Shown here one piece after another: positions 26,489 to 35,491 of a stretch of DNA of 64,000 bases. This DNA is from a virus. Numbering within the stretch: the stretch's first letter is position 1; the number at the start of each line of letters is the position of its first letter. The stretch spans positions 8,434 through 72,433 of IMG/VR virus record IMGVR_UViG_3300045747_000653; one strand, given 5' to 3'. Position numbers and translations under genes: made by a program. The notes beneath the pieces were generated by a model. It saw only the letters and a list, made by a program, of their open reading frames with translations. It had not been told where the DNA came from and did no database searches.

Positions 26489-27867
26489 GCGAGCCTCATG
26501 GCCGGCCAGGTGCCGAACTTCGCGTGGTAGCGGTGCGCCGCCCAGGACGGCTTGTAGCCCTTCTCCTTGGCGATCTTGAGCTGCACCTCCAGGTAGCTGT
26601 TCTTGGCCGAGTCCGGCAGTTCGAGCTGGCCGCGCATCTCCTCGAGCGGGATCGCGCGGACCTGCGAGGTGATCTCCTGCGGCAGCTCGCGCGGCATGAC
26701 CGGCTCGGGGTCCCTGTGGGGACAACTCGGGCACGCGGTGCCCGAGTAGAGAGCGAAGCAGTCCGGGCAGGTCCGCAGCGTGCCCAGCTTGGGAGGCATG
26801 GGCCGGTCGCCGTTCAGCGAGTAGTCGCGGTCGAGGTCGGGCGCGCCGTGCGTCAGGATGCAGCCCGAGTGGTCGTGGATGCGGGCTAGGTACTTCCCCG
26901 ACGCCGGGCGAAGGACCCGGCCGACCATCTGCAGGTAGAGCCCCACCGACAGGGTTGGCCGGGCGAGGACGCAGACCTCCACGCTCGGACAGTCCCACCC
27001 CTCCGTGAGCACGTTGCAGTTGGAGACGACCGTCGTCTCTCCGCTCGCGAGCCGCGCGAGGATCGACGCGCGGTCGGCCTGGTGCATCTCGCCATCGACG
27101 TGCTCGGCGGCGACGCCGGCCGCGCGGAACCGCTCGACCAGGTGCTGCGAGTGGGCGATCGAGACCGCGAAGACGACGGTACGCTTGCCCTGCGCGTGCG
27201 CCACCCACTGCTCGACGATGTTGCCGGCGAGCTTGGAGCCGTCCATAATCAGAGCGAGCGCCTGCTCGTTGTAGTCGGCGCCGGTCTTGCGGACCTGGGC
27301 CAGCTCCGGCGTGTCGTAGGCGAACCCGGTGTAGCCGACGAGGTGGCCCTGCTCGATCAGCTCGCGCGGGCGCGCGGCGACGACCACCTCCTGGAAGAGC
27401 TCGCCGAGGCCCCGGCCATCGCCCCGCCATGGAGTTGCAGAAAGTCCGATCACCGGTACCTGCGGGTATTCCCCGAGGATTCGCTCGTAAGTATTGGCGC
27501 GGGCGTGGTGCGCCTCATCGACGATGACGAGCGTCGCGCGGGGCTTCTCACGCCTAACGAGAGTCTGCACCGAGGCGACCTGCACGGGCAGTCCGGGCAT
27601 GGCTCTCGGGTGCCCAGCGGCGATGACTCCATGGTCGATGCCGATCGAGTCGAGGCGCGCGCTGCACTGGTCAATGAGCTCGCGACGGTGGGCCAGGAAC
27701 AGGACCGCGCCGCCCTTCGCGCGCGCTCCCTCGATCATCCATCCGGCCACAGAGGTTTTTCCGGAGCCGGTTGGCGCGACGAGGAGCTGCCGCTTCACGC
27801 CGCAGCGGATGCCTGCGCGCAGCCGGTCGAGCGCCTCCGTCTGATAGGCCCGCGGTGTCTGGCTCAT
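26485..27867 (-). CDS. SF2 DEAD/DEAH-box helicase
   Basis: APTGSGKT, DEAHH, SATP, TEGWDCP and QMVGRVLR motifs. Confidence 0.92.
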   Translation of the reverse strand: MSQTPRAYQTEALDRLRAGIRCGVKRQLLVAPTGSGKTSVAGWMIEGARAKGGAVLFLAHRRELIDQCSARLDSIGIDHGVIAAGHPRAMPGLPVQVASVQTLVRREKPRATLVIVDEAHHARANTYERILGEYPQVPVIGLSATPWRGDGRGLGELFQEVVVAARPRELIEQGHLVGYTGFAYDTPELAQVRKTGADYNEQALALIMDGSKLAGNIVEQWVAHAQGKRTVVFAVSIAHSQHLVERFRAAGVAAEHVDGEMHQADRASILARLASGETTVVSNCNVLTEGWDCPSVEVCVLARPTLSVGLYLQMVGRVLRPASGKYLARIHDHSGCILTHGAPDLDRDYSLNGDRPMPPKLGTLRTCPDCFALYSGTACPSCPHRDPEPVMPRELPQEITSQVRAIPLEEMRGQLELPDSAKNSYLEVQLKIAKEKGYKPSWAAHRYHAKFGTWPAMRLA

Positions 27868-28580
27868 CGAGCCGCTCCTTCCTGCATGGGCCAGCCCCGC
27901 GAGACGGTGGCCTTCTCGTCCTTGCGGCGCAGGAAGAGCTCGAGCGACTCGGTCTGTTCGCCGCGCCAGCCGGCCTGCATCCGGTGCAGTTCGTCGGGCG
28001 AGAGCCGGCCGATCTGCTCGTTGCGCTCGCAGAGCACCCAGGCGATCCGGGCGGCGGCGAGCGCGTCGAAGGCGGCGTCGTGGGCTCCGTCGAGCTTGAC
28101 GCCGTGGTGCTCACAGGCGGCGCCGAGGTTCCGCCGGCCCTTCCGGTAGGGATCGATCTTCCGGTCGATGACGAGCGGGTCGACGACGGGACCGATCGGC
28201 AGGAAGAGCGCGCCGTGGCGCTCTGCCTCGCAGCGAAGGATCGTCAGGTCGAATGGCGCGTTGAAGGCGACGATCGGGGCGCCTGTCGCCCAGACGTCGG
28301 CGATGCGGCGGATGATCTCCGGGATCACCTCGGCTGGTTTGCGGCCCTCCGCGCGGGCGCGGGCCGTCGTGATCCCGTGCACCGCGCTCGCGGCCGCTGG
28401 GATCTCGACGCCGGGGTCGAGGAGCCACGTGTGGCGCACCGTGGGCTCGCCCCCGGAAACGAGGACGACCGCCGCCGAGACGATGCGGTCGGAGCGGACA
28501 TCGACGCCGGTTGTCTCCGTATCAAAGGAGGCATAGCGGCGACGCCACCAGCGGGGCTCGTTGGCGATGCGGGGGCTCAT
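27864..28580 (-). CDS. DEDDh 3'-5' exonuclease (DNA polymerase III epsilon-like)
   Basis: FDTETTG, VAFNAPFD, HDAAFDA. Confidence 0.92.
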   Translation of the reverse strand: MSPRIANEPRWWRRRYASFDTETTGVDVRSDRIVSAAVVLVSGGEPTVRHTWLLDPGVEIPAAASAVHGITTARARAEGRKPAEVIPEIIRRIADVWATGAPIVAFNAPFDLTILRCEAERHGALFLPIGPVVDPLVIDRKIDPYRKGRRNLGAACEHHGVKLDGAHDAAFDALAAARIAWVLCERNEQIGRLSPDELHRMQAGWRGEQTESLELFLRRKDEKATVSRGWPMQEGAAR

Positions 28581-28786
28581 CGGGGCAAGCTCCGGACTTC
28601 CGCGAACTCGGGCACGCCGCGGATGGGAATGATGAGCACGCGACCGCCGAACACCTGGTCGACGACCACAAGCGCTCCGGTCTCATCGGGGCGCGATGGC
28701 TCGCGCTGCCTGCCGACGAATGTGGCCGTGTAGACGCCGTCCTTGGCGCGCCGGATGGCGGGGAAGGGGAAGCCGGTGTCGCTCAT
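28577..28786 (-). CDS. Hypothetical protein (69 aa)
   Basis: ATG 28786 overlaps the upstream stop; coupled gene chain. Confidence 0.5.
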   Translation of the reverse strand: MSDTGFPFPAIRRAKDGVYTATFVGRQREPSRPDETGALVVVDQVFGGRVLIIPIRGVPEFAEVRSLPR

Positions 28787-29109
28787 GCAGCACCCCGCGC
28801 TCGCCGCGCCCGCATCCGTGCCGCATCCGCCGCGAGATCCCGACTGCGCCGCTGGTCCCGCTCTCGTTGGCACTGCACGCAGTAGGTCCGCCCACTGGGC
28901 ATCCGTCTGCGGGTGTGCCCCGGCTGGCACTTGGCGGGCTGCCGTGCGGCGTAGCCGCGCACTCCGAACCAGGGGTCCGAGGGGCGCGAGTCGCGAGCGA
29001 GGTAGTCGGCGACGAACCAGGCCCGGACCGCCCCGTGCTCGATCAGGTCTACAGCGAGAGGGTCCTCGAAGAGCCGCAGGAGGCGGGCACCGAGCGAGAT
29101 CATTTCCAC
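28783..29109 (-). CDS. Hypothetical protein with Cys/His zinc-binding motif
   Basis: CQPGH...YCVQC. Confidence 0.55.
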   Translation of the reverse strand: MEMISLGARLLRLFEDPLAVDLIEHGAVRAWFVADYLARDSRPSDPWFGVRGYAARQPAKCQPGHTRRRMPSGRTYCVQCQRERDQRRSRDLAADAARMRARRARGAA

Positions 29110-29681
29110 CTCAGAGGAGGGAGGAGTTGCCCGAGGCCGGCGAACCCGCGGCGCCAGACGAAGAGGGCGTAATCCGCCGAGTCGCTGCCGCCGCCAATGA
29201 AGCTCGGCCGCTGCGCGATCGGCTGGAGCGCCCAGAGCGGGTGCTCTTCGTAGAGAGCGACCCGCGAGGCCGAGGAGAGGAACGACGACCGGAGCAGGAG
29301 CGCGACGTGACCGCCAGGCCGGGTCAGGGCGAGCGAGTGCCGGACGACGCGCTCCGCGATGGCGAAGTCGGGATTCCCGATCACCGCGTCGAACTCGCCG
29401 GTCACGTCGAACAAGTCGACCGCTCGCACCTCTCCAGGCCCGGTGCAGGCCGGGAGGAGGTCGACGCCGAGGAGCGAGGCACCGGGCCAGGTCACCTGAG
29501 CCGCGCTGAGGAAGGCTCCTCCTCCGCAGCCCGGCTCGAGGATCCGCCGAGGCCGCAGACCGAGGAGGTTGAGGGTGCAGCAGATGCCGGTTGCGAGCGG
29601 AGCTGGGGTGTAGAAGGCACCGCGCTCGCGCCGCCCCACTTCGCCGTCGAGCGGCTGGGTGAACAGGGGCTCGGTCAGCAC
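29100..29681 (-). CDS. Amino-type (N6A/N4C) DNA methyltransferase with atypical NPDF catalytic motif
   Basis: FYTP, ILEPGCGGGAF (SAM binding), VIGNPDF. Confidence 0.75.
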   Translation of the reverse strand: MLTEPLFTQPLDGEVGRRERGAFYTPAPLATGICCTLNLLGLRPRRILEPGCGGGAFLSAAQVTWPGASLLGVDLLPACTGPGEVRAVDLFDVTGEFDAVIGNPDFAIAERVVRHSLALTRPGGHVALLLRSSFLSSASRVALYEEHPLWALQPIAQRPSFIGGGSDSADYALFVWRRGFAGLGQLLPPLRWK

Positions 29682-29881
29682 GCGAGCCTCGAGATCTGCT
29701 CGGCGAAGGCGCGCAGCGCGGCCGCGACGTCCGGCGGCGCCGCGCGAGCCTGGCGTTCGGCGATGTCGGCGACCTCGCCCAGGAGCGCGCGCCGGGTCGC
29801 GGACTCGGAGGGCGGGGCGCGCCGGCACTCGGAGTGCGGGCCGGAGAAGTAGTCGGCGCCGCAGAGCGGGCAGGTGATCAC
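29675..29881 (-). CDS. Small zinc-finger hypothetical protein
   Basis: CPLC...HSEC; coupled to neighbours. Confidence 0.5.
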   Translation of the reverse strand: MITCPLCGADYFSGPHSECRRAPPSESATRRALLGEVADIAERQARAAPPDVAAALRAFAEQISRLAC

Positions 29882-30021
29882 GGCCAGAGCTCCCGGACGT
29901 CGCCGACGACCCGCTCGCCGCGCGCTCGCCGCTCGAGCCAGCCGCGGGCGGCCCAGCCCACCGAGAGGCCGAGCGCGAGCACGGGCAGGAACTGGGCGAA
30001 CTCGATGAGGGAGGGGCTCAC
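29878..30021 (-). CDS. Small membrane peptide (47 aa)
   Basis: Own translation VSPSLIEFAQFLPVLALGLSVGWAARGWL...; stop overlaps the next start. Confidence 0.4.
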   Translation of the reverse strand: MSPSLIEFAQFLPVLALGLSVGWAARGWLERRARGERVVGDVRELWP

Positions 30022-30239
30022 GCGCGGCCTCCCAGCCGGCGCCGGAGTCCTGCGAGCAGGCGGCTCACGCCCGCCCCCAGCGTTTCGGATCCCAGCAGTG
30101 CGGACAGGAGACGTCGAAGACGCGGAGCACGTACCAGTGGAAGAGGTGCAAGATCATGGCTGGTCCTCGTCGATGAGGGCGGCGGCGACGGCGAGCGCCG
30201 CGACGACGATTGCGAGGAGGGCGAAGGAGTCGAGGGATG

Positions 30240-30629
30240 TCACGCAGCCTCCCGGACGGCGAGGCCGACGGTCGCGACGAGCTTGAAGGCGGACCAGGGG
30301 ATCGCGACCTTGCCGCCGCGGCGCTTGCGCTTCAGGCGGAGGACATCGGCGAGAAGGACCCGCCACAGTTCGCGGGTATCGGAGCAGAGCACGTCGATCG
30401 ACTTCGTGGTCCCCTGGCTCTGGGTGAGGAACTCGAGCGAGCGATCCAGGTCGGCGCCGGACATCACGACTTCCTCGACGTCGAACTCGGCCATGCTGCG
30501 ACGTGAGCCGACCGTCCTGTCGCGGATGACCAGGGTCGTCTGGAACTTGATGCCCCCGGTGTCGTCGCCGCGCGAGCGTTTCCAGTCTGCGACCGCATCC
30601 TCGACGAGGAGCTTCAGATCCCAGGTCAT
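30240..30629 (-). CDS. Hypothetical protein (129 aa)
   Basis: ATG 30629 overlaps the upstream stop. Confidence 0.55.
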   Translation of the reverse strand: MTWDLKLLVEDAVADWKRSRGDDTGGIKFQTTLVIRDRTVGSRRSMAEFDVEEVVMSGADLDRSLEFLTQSQGTTKSIDVLCSDTRELWRVLLADVLRLKRKRRGGKVAIPWSAFKLVATVGLAVREAA

Positions 30630-31201
30630 GCCGCCTCCCGGACCGCTTCTGTGGCGACTCGTAGTTCGACGCCTGCAGCGGCGAGTTCGTCCCAGCTCAC
30701 CCAGAGGAGCCGGTTGCCGTCGTAAACCCTGCGGAGGTGAGCCTGGAGCCAAGCGTCATCTCGGCGCCGAGCCTCGACGAACTCGAACAGCTCGCGGGTG
30801 CGGACCACGCCGGCTGCCAGCAGGCGCGACTTGTCGCTGCTCAGGTAGGAGTGGATCGTCAGCGCGGGGTAGAGGAAGCCATCCCGGATCGCCGCCCAGC
30901 GCTTCTCCCACTCGGTCGTGGCGCCGGTCATCCGGCTGTAGCGGATGGTGAAGGTGCGCCAGCACTTCCCATCGGTCCACTGGACGCGGCTCGCGATCCC
31001 ACGCATGCAGCGGTCAGATCGGAGCAACTGCCAGGCGTCGATACCAGCGAGCACGTCGAGGTCGCGAGCGATGCCCGCGTCGGCAGTCGACTCGACGGCC
31101 TGCATCTCTCCGCCGCGAACGAGAGGCGCGATCGCGGGCCAGACGATGGACTCAAAAAGCCGAGCGCTCTCGCTCAGGTCGGTGGCCACCTCATGCCGCA
31201 T
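30626..31201 (-). CDS. Methyltransferase-linked hypothetical protein, possible restriction-endonuclease fold
   Basis: DVLAGIDAW...RGIASRVQ...TFTIRYSR..G..TEWEKR; start overlaps the ParB-MTase stop. Confidence 0.55.
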   Translation of the reverse strand: MRHEVATDLSESARLFESIVWPAIAPLVRGGEMQAVESTADAGIARDLDVLAGIDAWQLLRSDRCMRGIASRVQWTDGKCWRTFTIRYSRMTGATTEWEKRWAAIRDGFLYPALTIHSYLSSDKSRLLAAGVVRTRELFEFVEARRRDDAWLQAHLRRVYDGNRLLWVSWDELAAAGVELRVATEAVREAA

Positions 31202-32573
31202 GGAGGCACCCCCGTCCGGCCGATGCCTCGAAGGCGTCGCCGCCGATGTCGGAGCCGATGGCCCGGCGGCCAAGGCGAGCCGCCGCGAGGAGAAACGTCC
31301 CAGTCCCGGCGAAGGGGTCGATCACGAGGTCGCCGGCCTTGCTCGCGTGGCGCACGAACCGTTCGGCGAGGGCGTCGGGCTTCTGCCAGGCGTGGTAGCG
31401 GTCTCCCTGCCGACCGTCTGGAGCGTTGATGTCCTGTACCGAGAACTGCTCGACCATCAGCGGGGAGTCGAGGGCTGGGGCCTTGGGTCCGCGCAGGTAG
31501 AGGATCGCCTGCCAGTTGAGCTTGTAGTCGAGCGTCGGGCTCGGCCCGATCGTGTTGCGGTAGGTCCAGACCAACACCTGGGCCAACGTGAATCCACCCG
31601 GCGGGCTCGCGAGTGCCGACAGGTAGGCGTGCAACTCGCGCGGATAGGCGCCGATGCAGATGAACGCGCGGCCGGTGGCCTTCAGCCGAGAGATAGCCAG
31701 CGGCGCCCACTCCACAGCGAACGTGGCGATGTCCTCCACGTCGGTGGAGTAGGGCGGGTCGGTGAGCAGCAGGTCTGCGCCGGCACCGGGCAGAGCCTTC
31801 AAGAAAGAGATCGCGTCCTGCTGCCGGATGGTGGCCCGCTCCGGAGCCTGGGCGGCCTGGGCGGCGACCTTGGCCTGGGTCTCGGCTGTCTTGATCTGGG
31901 CGAGGGCCTTGTTGCCGGTGAGGCGCTGGGGCTCTCCGGCCTTCGCCTCCGACTTCATCCTCTCGACCAGGTCGGGCGCCTTGCGCTCCAGCTCCATCGC
32001 CCGCTCTACCGTCGCACGCGAGGTCCCGGCGGCGGCGGCGAGGCGGGTGGCGGCCTTGCGGGCGGCCTCGGCGGCGTGGTCGCGGGCGGGAGAAGCTGGC
32101 GCAGGACGAGGAGACGGTGCCGCCTCACGTGAGGCGGGACTGTTCTTCGCGGCGGCGGCTGCCGGAGCCTTCTTCGCCGCGTTCTGGTTGCCCTTCGCCT
32201 TCTCCCCCCTCGCCCGATTCGCCTCCTCCTTCGCCTTAGCCTGCGCTGCGACATAGGCGTCCGAGCCCTCGATCAGCTTCTTCGACACGAGCACCCGGAG
32301 GATCGCGTCCTCCATCTGGCGGCGCTTGAGGTTCAGAGAGAGGACGAAGAGGTACGGATCTGAGCCGTCGTGCTGCTCGAATCGCGGCGCGACGCCAGCG
32401 GCGAGGCACGCGAGGAGACGGTTGCGCCCATCGAGGATCCGACCCTCAAAGAGTACGATGGCCACCCGCAGGCCGTTCGCCTTGATGTCCTCCGTGAGGC
32501 CGGCCAGCTCGGTCGCCGTGAGCATCGGCACCTCGTCCGCCGCCGGGTGCGTCTCGTAGTTGCCGATCTTCAT
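31191..32573 (-). CDS. ParB/Srx N-terminal domain fused to a beta-class DNA methyltransferase
   Basis: HPAADEVP...ILDGRNRL (ParB-like); LLLTDPPY then VIDPFAGTGT. Confidence 0.88.
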   Translation of the reverse strand: MKIGNYETHPAADEVPMLTATELAGLTEDIKANGLRVAIVLFEGRILDGRNRLLACLAAGVAPRFEQHDGSDPYLFVLSLNLKRRQMEDAILRVLVSKKLIEGSDAYVAAQAKAKEEANRARGEKAKGNQNAAKKAPAAAAAKNSPASREAAPSPRPAPASPARDHAAEAARKAATRLAAAAGTSRATVERAMELERKAPDLVERMKSEAKAGEPQRLTGNKALAQIKTAETQAKVAAQAAQAPERATIRQQDAISFLKALPGAGADLLLTDPPYSTDVEDIATFAVEWAPLAISRLKATGRAFICIGAYPRELHAYLSALASPPGGFTLAQVLVWTYRNTIGPSPTLDYKLNWQAILYLRGPKAPALDSPLMVEQFSVQDINAPDGRQGDRYHAWQKPDALAERFVRHASKAGDLVIDPFAGTGTFLLAAARLGRRAIGSDIGGDAFEASAGRGCLHAA

Positions 32574-32986
32574 GTCGCCTGCCTCCCCAGCACCACCCGC
32601 AGCGTCTCCTCGCCGGACTGCCCGTGGCGCGCCCTCACGGCCTCGACGAGCCGCGAGAACCGCTCGCCGGATGTCTCGCTCGCGAGTCGCTTGGGAGGCG
32701 TGAACTCAGCCAGCCGGCAGAAGGTCTGGACCATCCGCTCGGAGGGCTGCATCCGCGCGAGCGCGAGCGCCATGGCGAGCGTCGGCTCCCGGCCGTTGTT
32801 GCCAGAGAGCCGGTTCGCGAGCGTGGTCCGGTCCATCGTGTGGAGCCGGTAGAGCAGCTCCTTGTGGCCGACTTCGTCAGCCGCCCGCCTCACGGCGTCG
32901 TAGAGCTCGCCGACATCGGCGGTCCACAGAGCGTGCTCATTTGGTTGCTCGCCGTTTCGTGCCTGGTCCATGCACCCTCCGGTCAT
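32570..32986 (-). CDS. CII-like regulatory protein
   Basis: Position after cro; helix-turn-helix-like KELLYRLHTMDRTTLANRLS. Confidence 0.5.
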   Translation of the reverse strand: MTGGCMDQARNGEQPNEHALWTADVGELYDAVRRAADEVGHKELLYRLHTMDRTTLANRLSGNNGREPTLAMALALARMQPSERMVQTFCRLAEFTPPKRLASETSGERFSRLVEAVRARHGQSGEETLRVVLGRQAT

Positions 32987-32996
32987 GGAGCAGCAG

Positions 32997-33233
32997 CTAC
33001 GCGGCGCGGCGGGAACGGCGGGGGCGGGGAGGCTTGCTCAGCAACTCCTCGAGAGTCATCTCGACGCCGAGCCGCTTCAGGGCGGAGAGGATCGCGGCGG
33101 CGGTCTTGCTGCCCGGATAGCGTCCGCCCGTCCGGTACCCGTGGATCTGTGTGCGAGCACAGCTACAGAGCGCCGCGAACTCCGCGTCGGAGAGCCGAAG
33201 GCGGGCCCGCAGGACTTCGTGGAGGGTCGACAT
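32997..33233 (-). CDS. Cro-like HTH regulator
   Basis: LSDAEFAALCSCARTQIHGYRTGGRYPG XRE-type HTH, divergent from cI. Confidence 0.8.
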   Translation of the reverse strand: MSTLHEVLRARLRLSDAEFAALCSCARTQIHGYRTGGRYPGSKTAAAILSALKRLGVEMTLEELLSKPPRPRRSRRAA

Positions 33234-33239
33234 GAAAGC

Positions 33240-33268
33240 GTTGTACCGAAAACGGCACAGCCGGTCAA
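33240..33268 (-). promoter_or_regulatory. PR-like promoter TTGACC-N17-TACAAC with overlapping 18-bp operator (33242-33259)
   Basis: Read directly; near-palindrome TGTACCGAAAACGGCACA; matches the promoter at 37975-38003 at 23/29 positions. Confidence 0.75.
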
Positions 33269-33299
33269 GTTCGTTGTTCCGTTCCGACTATTCAGCGCT

Positions 33300-33317
33300 T
33301 GTTCACGGAAAGGTACA
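33300..33317. promoter_or_regulatory. Possible additional operator next to the cI start
   Basis: TGTTCACGGAAAGGTACA shares the TGT...GGTACA ends of the 18-bp operator. Confidence 0.4.
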
Positions 33318-33326
33318 GTGAGAACC

Positions 33327-33875
33327 GTGCCGAAGAAAACGGACAAGCCGAAGACGTGGGCTCGTGTCGTTCGCGAGTTGACCGGACTCACGCAGGAGCG
33401 GTTTGCCGAGAAGGTGGGAGCCGGCAGACCACAGGTGGGGAAGTGGGAGACCCAAGGGGCTAGCCCGTCCTTCAAGCACTCACAGCAGATCCGGCGGGTC
33501 TTCCCCTCAGAGGCGGCACAGGCAGACAAGCTGTGGCCAACGCCATCTGCCGCCTCTGGCGTCACCATCACGTACGCAGCCACGCCCACCGCCGAGCAGT
33601 CCCCCGCCGCCAACTCCGCCGTCAGTCTGACTGCCTCCGCGCAACCGTCCGCGAGCACGGAGATGTCGGCCCAGGCTGGTAGATCGGTCCCAGATGACGC
33701 GGGAGGGTTGATGGACGAGTCGGAGCGACACCTGTTGGCGATCTGGCGGAGCCTGCCGGGCCCCCAGCAGGAGAAGATGATGCGCGCGAGCCTGGGCTTC
33801 TTGACCGAGGCGCGCTCCGTGGACCCTCACGAGCCGGGCGTGGCACAACCGCCGCTCCACGCCCGGATGAAGTGA
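33327..33875 (+). CDS. CI-like repressor (XRE HTH)
   Basis: LTQERFAEKVGAGRPQVGKWETQGASP HTH; divergent from cro; no evident S24 peptidase domain. Confidence 0.8.
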   Translation: MPKKTDKPKTWARVVRELTGLTQERFAEKVGAGRPQVGKWETQGASPSFKHSQQIRRVFPSEAAQADKLWPTPSAASGVTITYAATPTAEQSPAANSAVSLTASAQPSASTEMSAQAGRSVPDDAGGLMDESERHLLAIWRSLPGPQQEKMMRASLGFLTEARSVDPHEPGVAQPPLHARMK

Positions 33876-34006
33876 CGCGGCACGAGTTCGTCGACCCCGA
33901 CCAACCGATCATGCTGAGCAGGGACGGCGTGGCGGAGGCGAAGCGGCTCGAGCAGCTCAAGCTCCCGCTGGCCGACGTGATCCCGATCAAGAAGCCGGTG
34001 GGGTAG
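33872..34006 (+). CDS. Small ORF coupled to cI (44 aa)
   Basis: GTG overlaps the cI stop; VTRHEFVDPDQPIML... Confidence 0.3.
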   Translation: MTRHEFVDPDQPIMLSRDGVAEAKRLEQLKLPLADVIPIKKPVG

Positions 34007-34173
34007 GCGCAGAAGCAGGTGCAGGGCTTGATGCTGAGGTAGGAACCACTGAAGTCGAGAGGGAGCGCAGAACCAAGGAAGATCCGCAGGGCTTCGGACG
34101 TTCAGTTGACGTGACATCAGACAAGTGGAAAGTGTTCGCTTCGGTCGCTACTCTCTTGGAGGGGCTACGGGGG

Positions 34174-34548
34174 ATGCTTCGAGCCATGAAGGCGGACCGA
34201 GATGGCCTACCAAGGGTGGCGCGAAAGGGGAACGCTCTCGGCGTTCGTGTCCCTGTTGACGTACACCTCGAGGGCGAGGATGTCCTTCCCGGCGAAGGGA
34301 TGTCTGTGACCGTCGGACGGATTGAGGACCTGCCACCACACCAACTGCCGGTAAGCCGAGGCGGCGACAACGATTGGGGGGTCGTCTTCGAGCACACCGC
34401 TCGCCTCCCGCAGGATCTCGTGATGGAGCACAGGCCTCTTCCGGCCTCTGCTACTCACTATCAGGTTGAGCCGGCAACCAGGATGCCGCTCGCCGCGTAT
34501 GAAGAGGCGCTCGGCAGCACCCGACCTAACTGGAGGAAGATCGCATGA
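34174..34548 (+). CDS. Putative ADP-ribosyltransferase toxin (Tse2-like ART pattern)
   Basis: RBS GGAGGGG before ATG 34174; R(AMK)...LGVR...GMSV...HYQVEP..MPLAAY..L.ST..W pattern recognised by eye. Confidence 0.6.
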   Translation: MLRAMKADRDGLPRVARKGNALGVRVPVDVHLEGEDVLPGEGMSVTVGRIEDLPPHQLPVSRGGDNDWGVVFEHTARLPQDLVMEHRPLPASATHYQVEPATRMPLAAYEEALGSTRPNWRKIA

Positions 34549-34895
34549 GCGTCGCAGCATACATGAAGCTCAGGTCGGAGATGGCTCAGGTCCGATCTCG
34601 CGAGGACGATGGCGACGACGAAGCTCGTCTCGTTGGCGAGATGGATGATGTCTGGTGGAATTTAACCTCCAAGGAGCAAGCTACCGTTCGAGCGGCAATC
34701 CTTGCCGAACGCAGAGCCCAGATGGTAGTTCCGAGCGTCCAAGTCGACTTGATGTTCGTCGTGTTTGGTAAGGTGATGGCCATCAAGCCCTCCTCCACAG
34801 TACCCGTCCCCGTGCGTGAGGTTTCCGACTTGCTCGCGTTTGGCACCGTCGCGTCGGTTCATGGACGATCGCTATTGGCCACGGCATCGGCATGA
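34545..34895 (+). CDS. Putative antitoxin: acidic helical N-terminus plus hydrophobic C-terminal extension
   Basis: ATGA overlap with the toxin gene; EMDDVWWNLTSKEQ helix followed by VQVDLMFVVFGKVMAI. Confidence 0.55.
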   Translation: MSVAAYMKLRSEMAQVRSREDDGDDEARLVGEMDDVWWNLTSKEQATVRAAILAERRAQMVVPSVQVDLMFVVFGKVMAIKPSSTVPVPVREVSDLLAFGTVASVHGRSLLATASA

Positions 34896-35344
34896 GGTCG
34901 CCCAACGCTGCATCGATCAGCGCCCTGATTTGCGAGGACGTCAGAGTCGAGGCCAGTCGACGAATCAGCCTTATGGGCATCTATGGCCCGCACATCGACA
35001 TCGAGGTGCAGCCGCCGATTATGCTGCTTCAATTGTGCGCCGTGCTCCTTATCGCAAATCCAGCTGAGATCCTTTCGTCGGTTGCGATGACGGTCGTTCA
35101 GCCGTCCGGCGAACTGCTCGGTCCTCCTCTGACGCAACTACTCGAGAAGCCGCTTGATGAGGCCTCGTTCTCGCACCAGTTGATGGTCAAGCTGGGTCCC
35201 TTCCCGATCCCAGCTGTCGGTGAGTTCAAATTCAGATTTATCTTTAATGGAGATGAAGAACTCGGCGTCGAGATTCCGATGACCGTTCGCTATAAGCCAG
35301 CGGAGCCGAAGAGTCTGGCTGCGCTGGCCCCCATTTCGGCGTAG
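34892..35344 (+). CDS. DUF6941-like beta-sandwich protein
   Basis: ALICEDVRVEASRRISLMGIY...GEFKFRFIFNG; ATGA overlap with the previous gene. Confidence 0.6.
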   Translation: MRSPNAASISALICEDVRVEASRRISLMGIYGPHIDIEVQPPIMLLQLCAVLLIANPAEILSSVAMTVVQPSGELLGPPLTQLLEKPLDEASFSHQLMVKLGPFPIPAVGEFKFRFIFNGDEELGVEIPMTVRYKPAEPKSLAALAPISA

Positions 35345-35491
35345 GCTCCGCCGCCTTCTCTCTCTTAGGCAACCCAACCTCTGCAAGCACACGCGAGCCT
35401 GAGCTTCAAGCGCCTCCCATCGAACTCTCGCTGGAGGCTTCGCCTCCGCACCACAGGGTCCCGTGCTGGAACGCCCAGCTACGTAACCACC

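Noticed and set aside
34106-34134. Dedicated sigma70 promoter for the ART triad
   Set aside because: TTGACG is present but no plausible -10 at a 17-bp spacing; expression may come from the cI transcript
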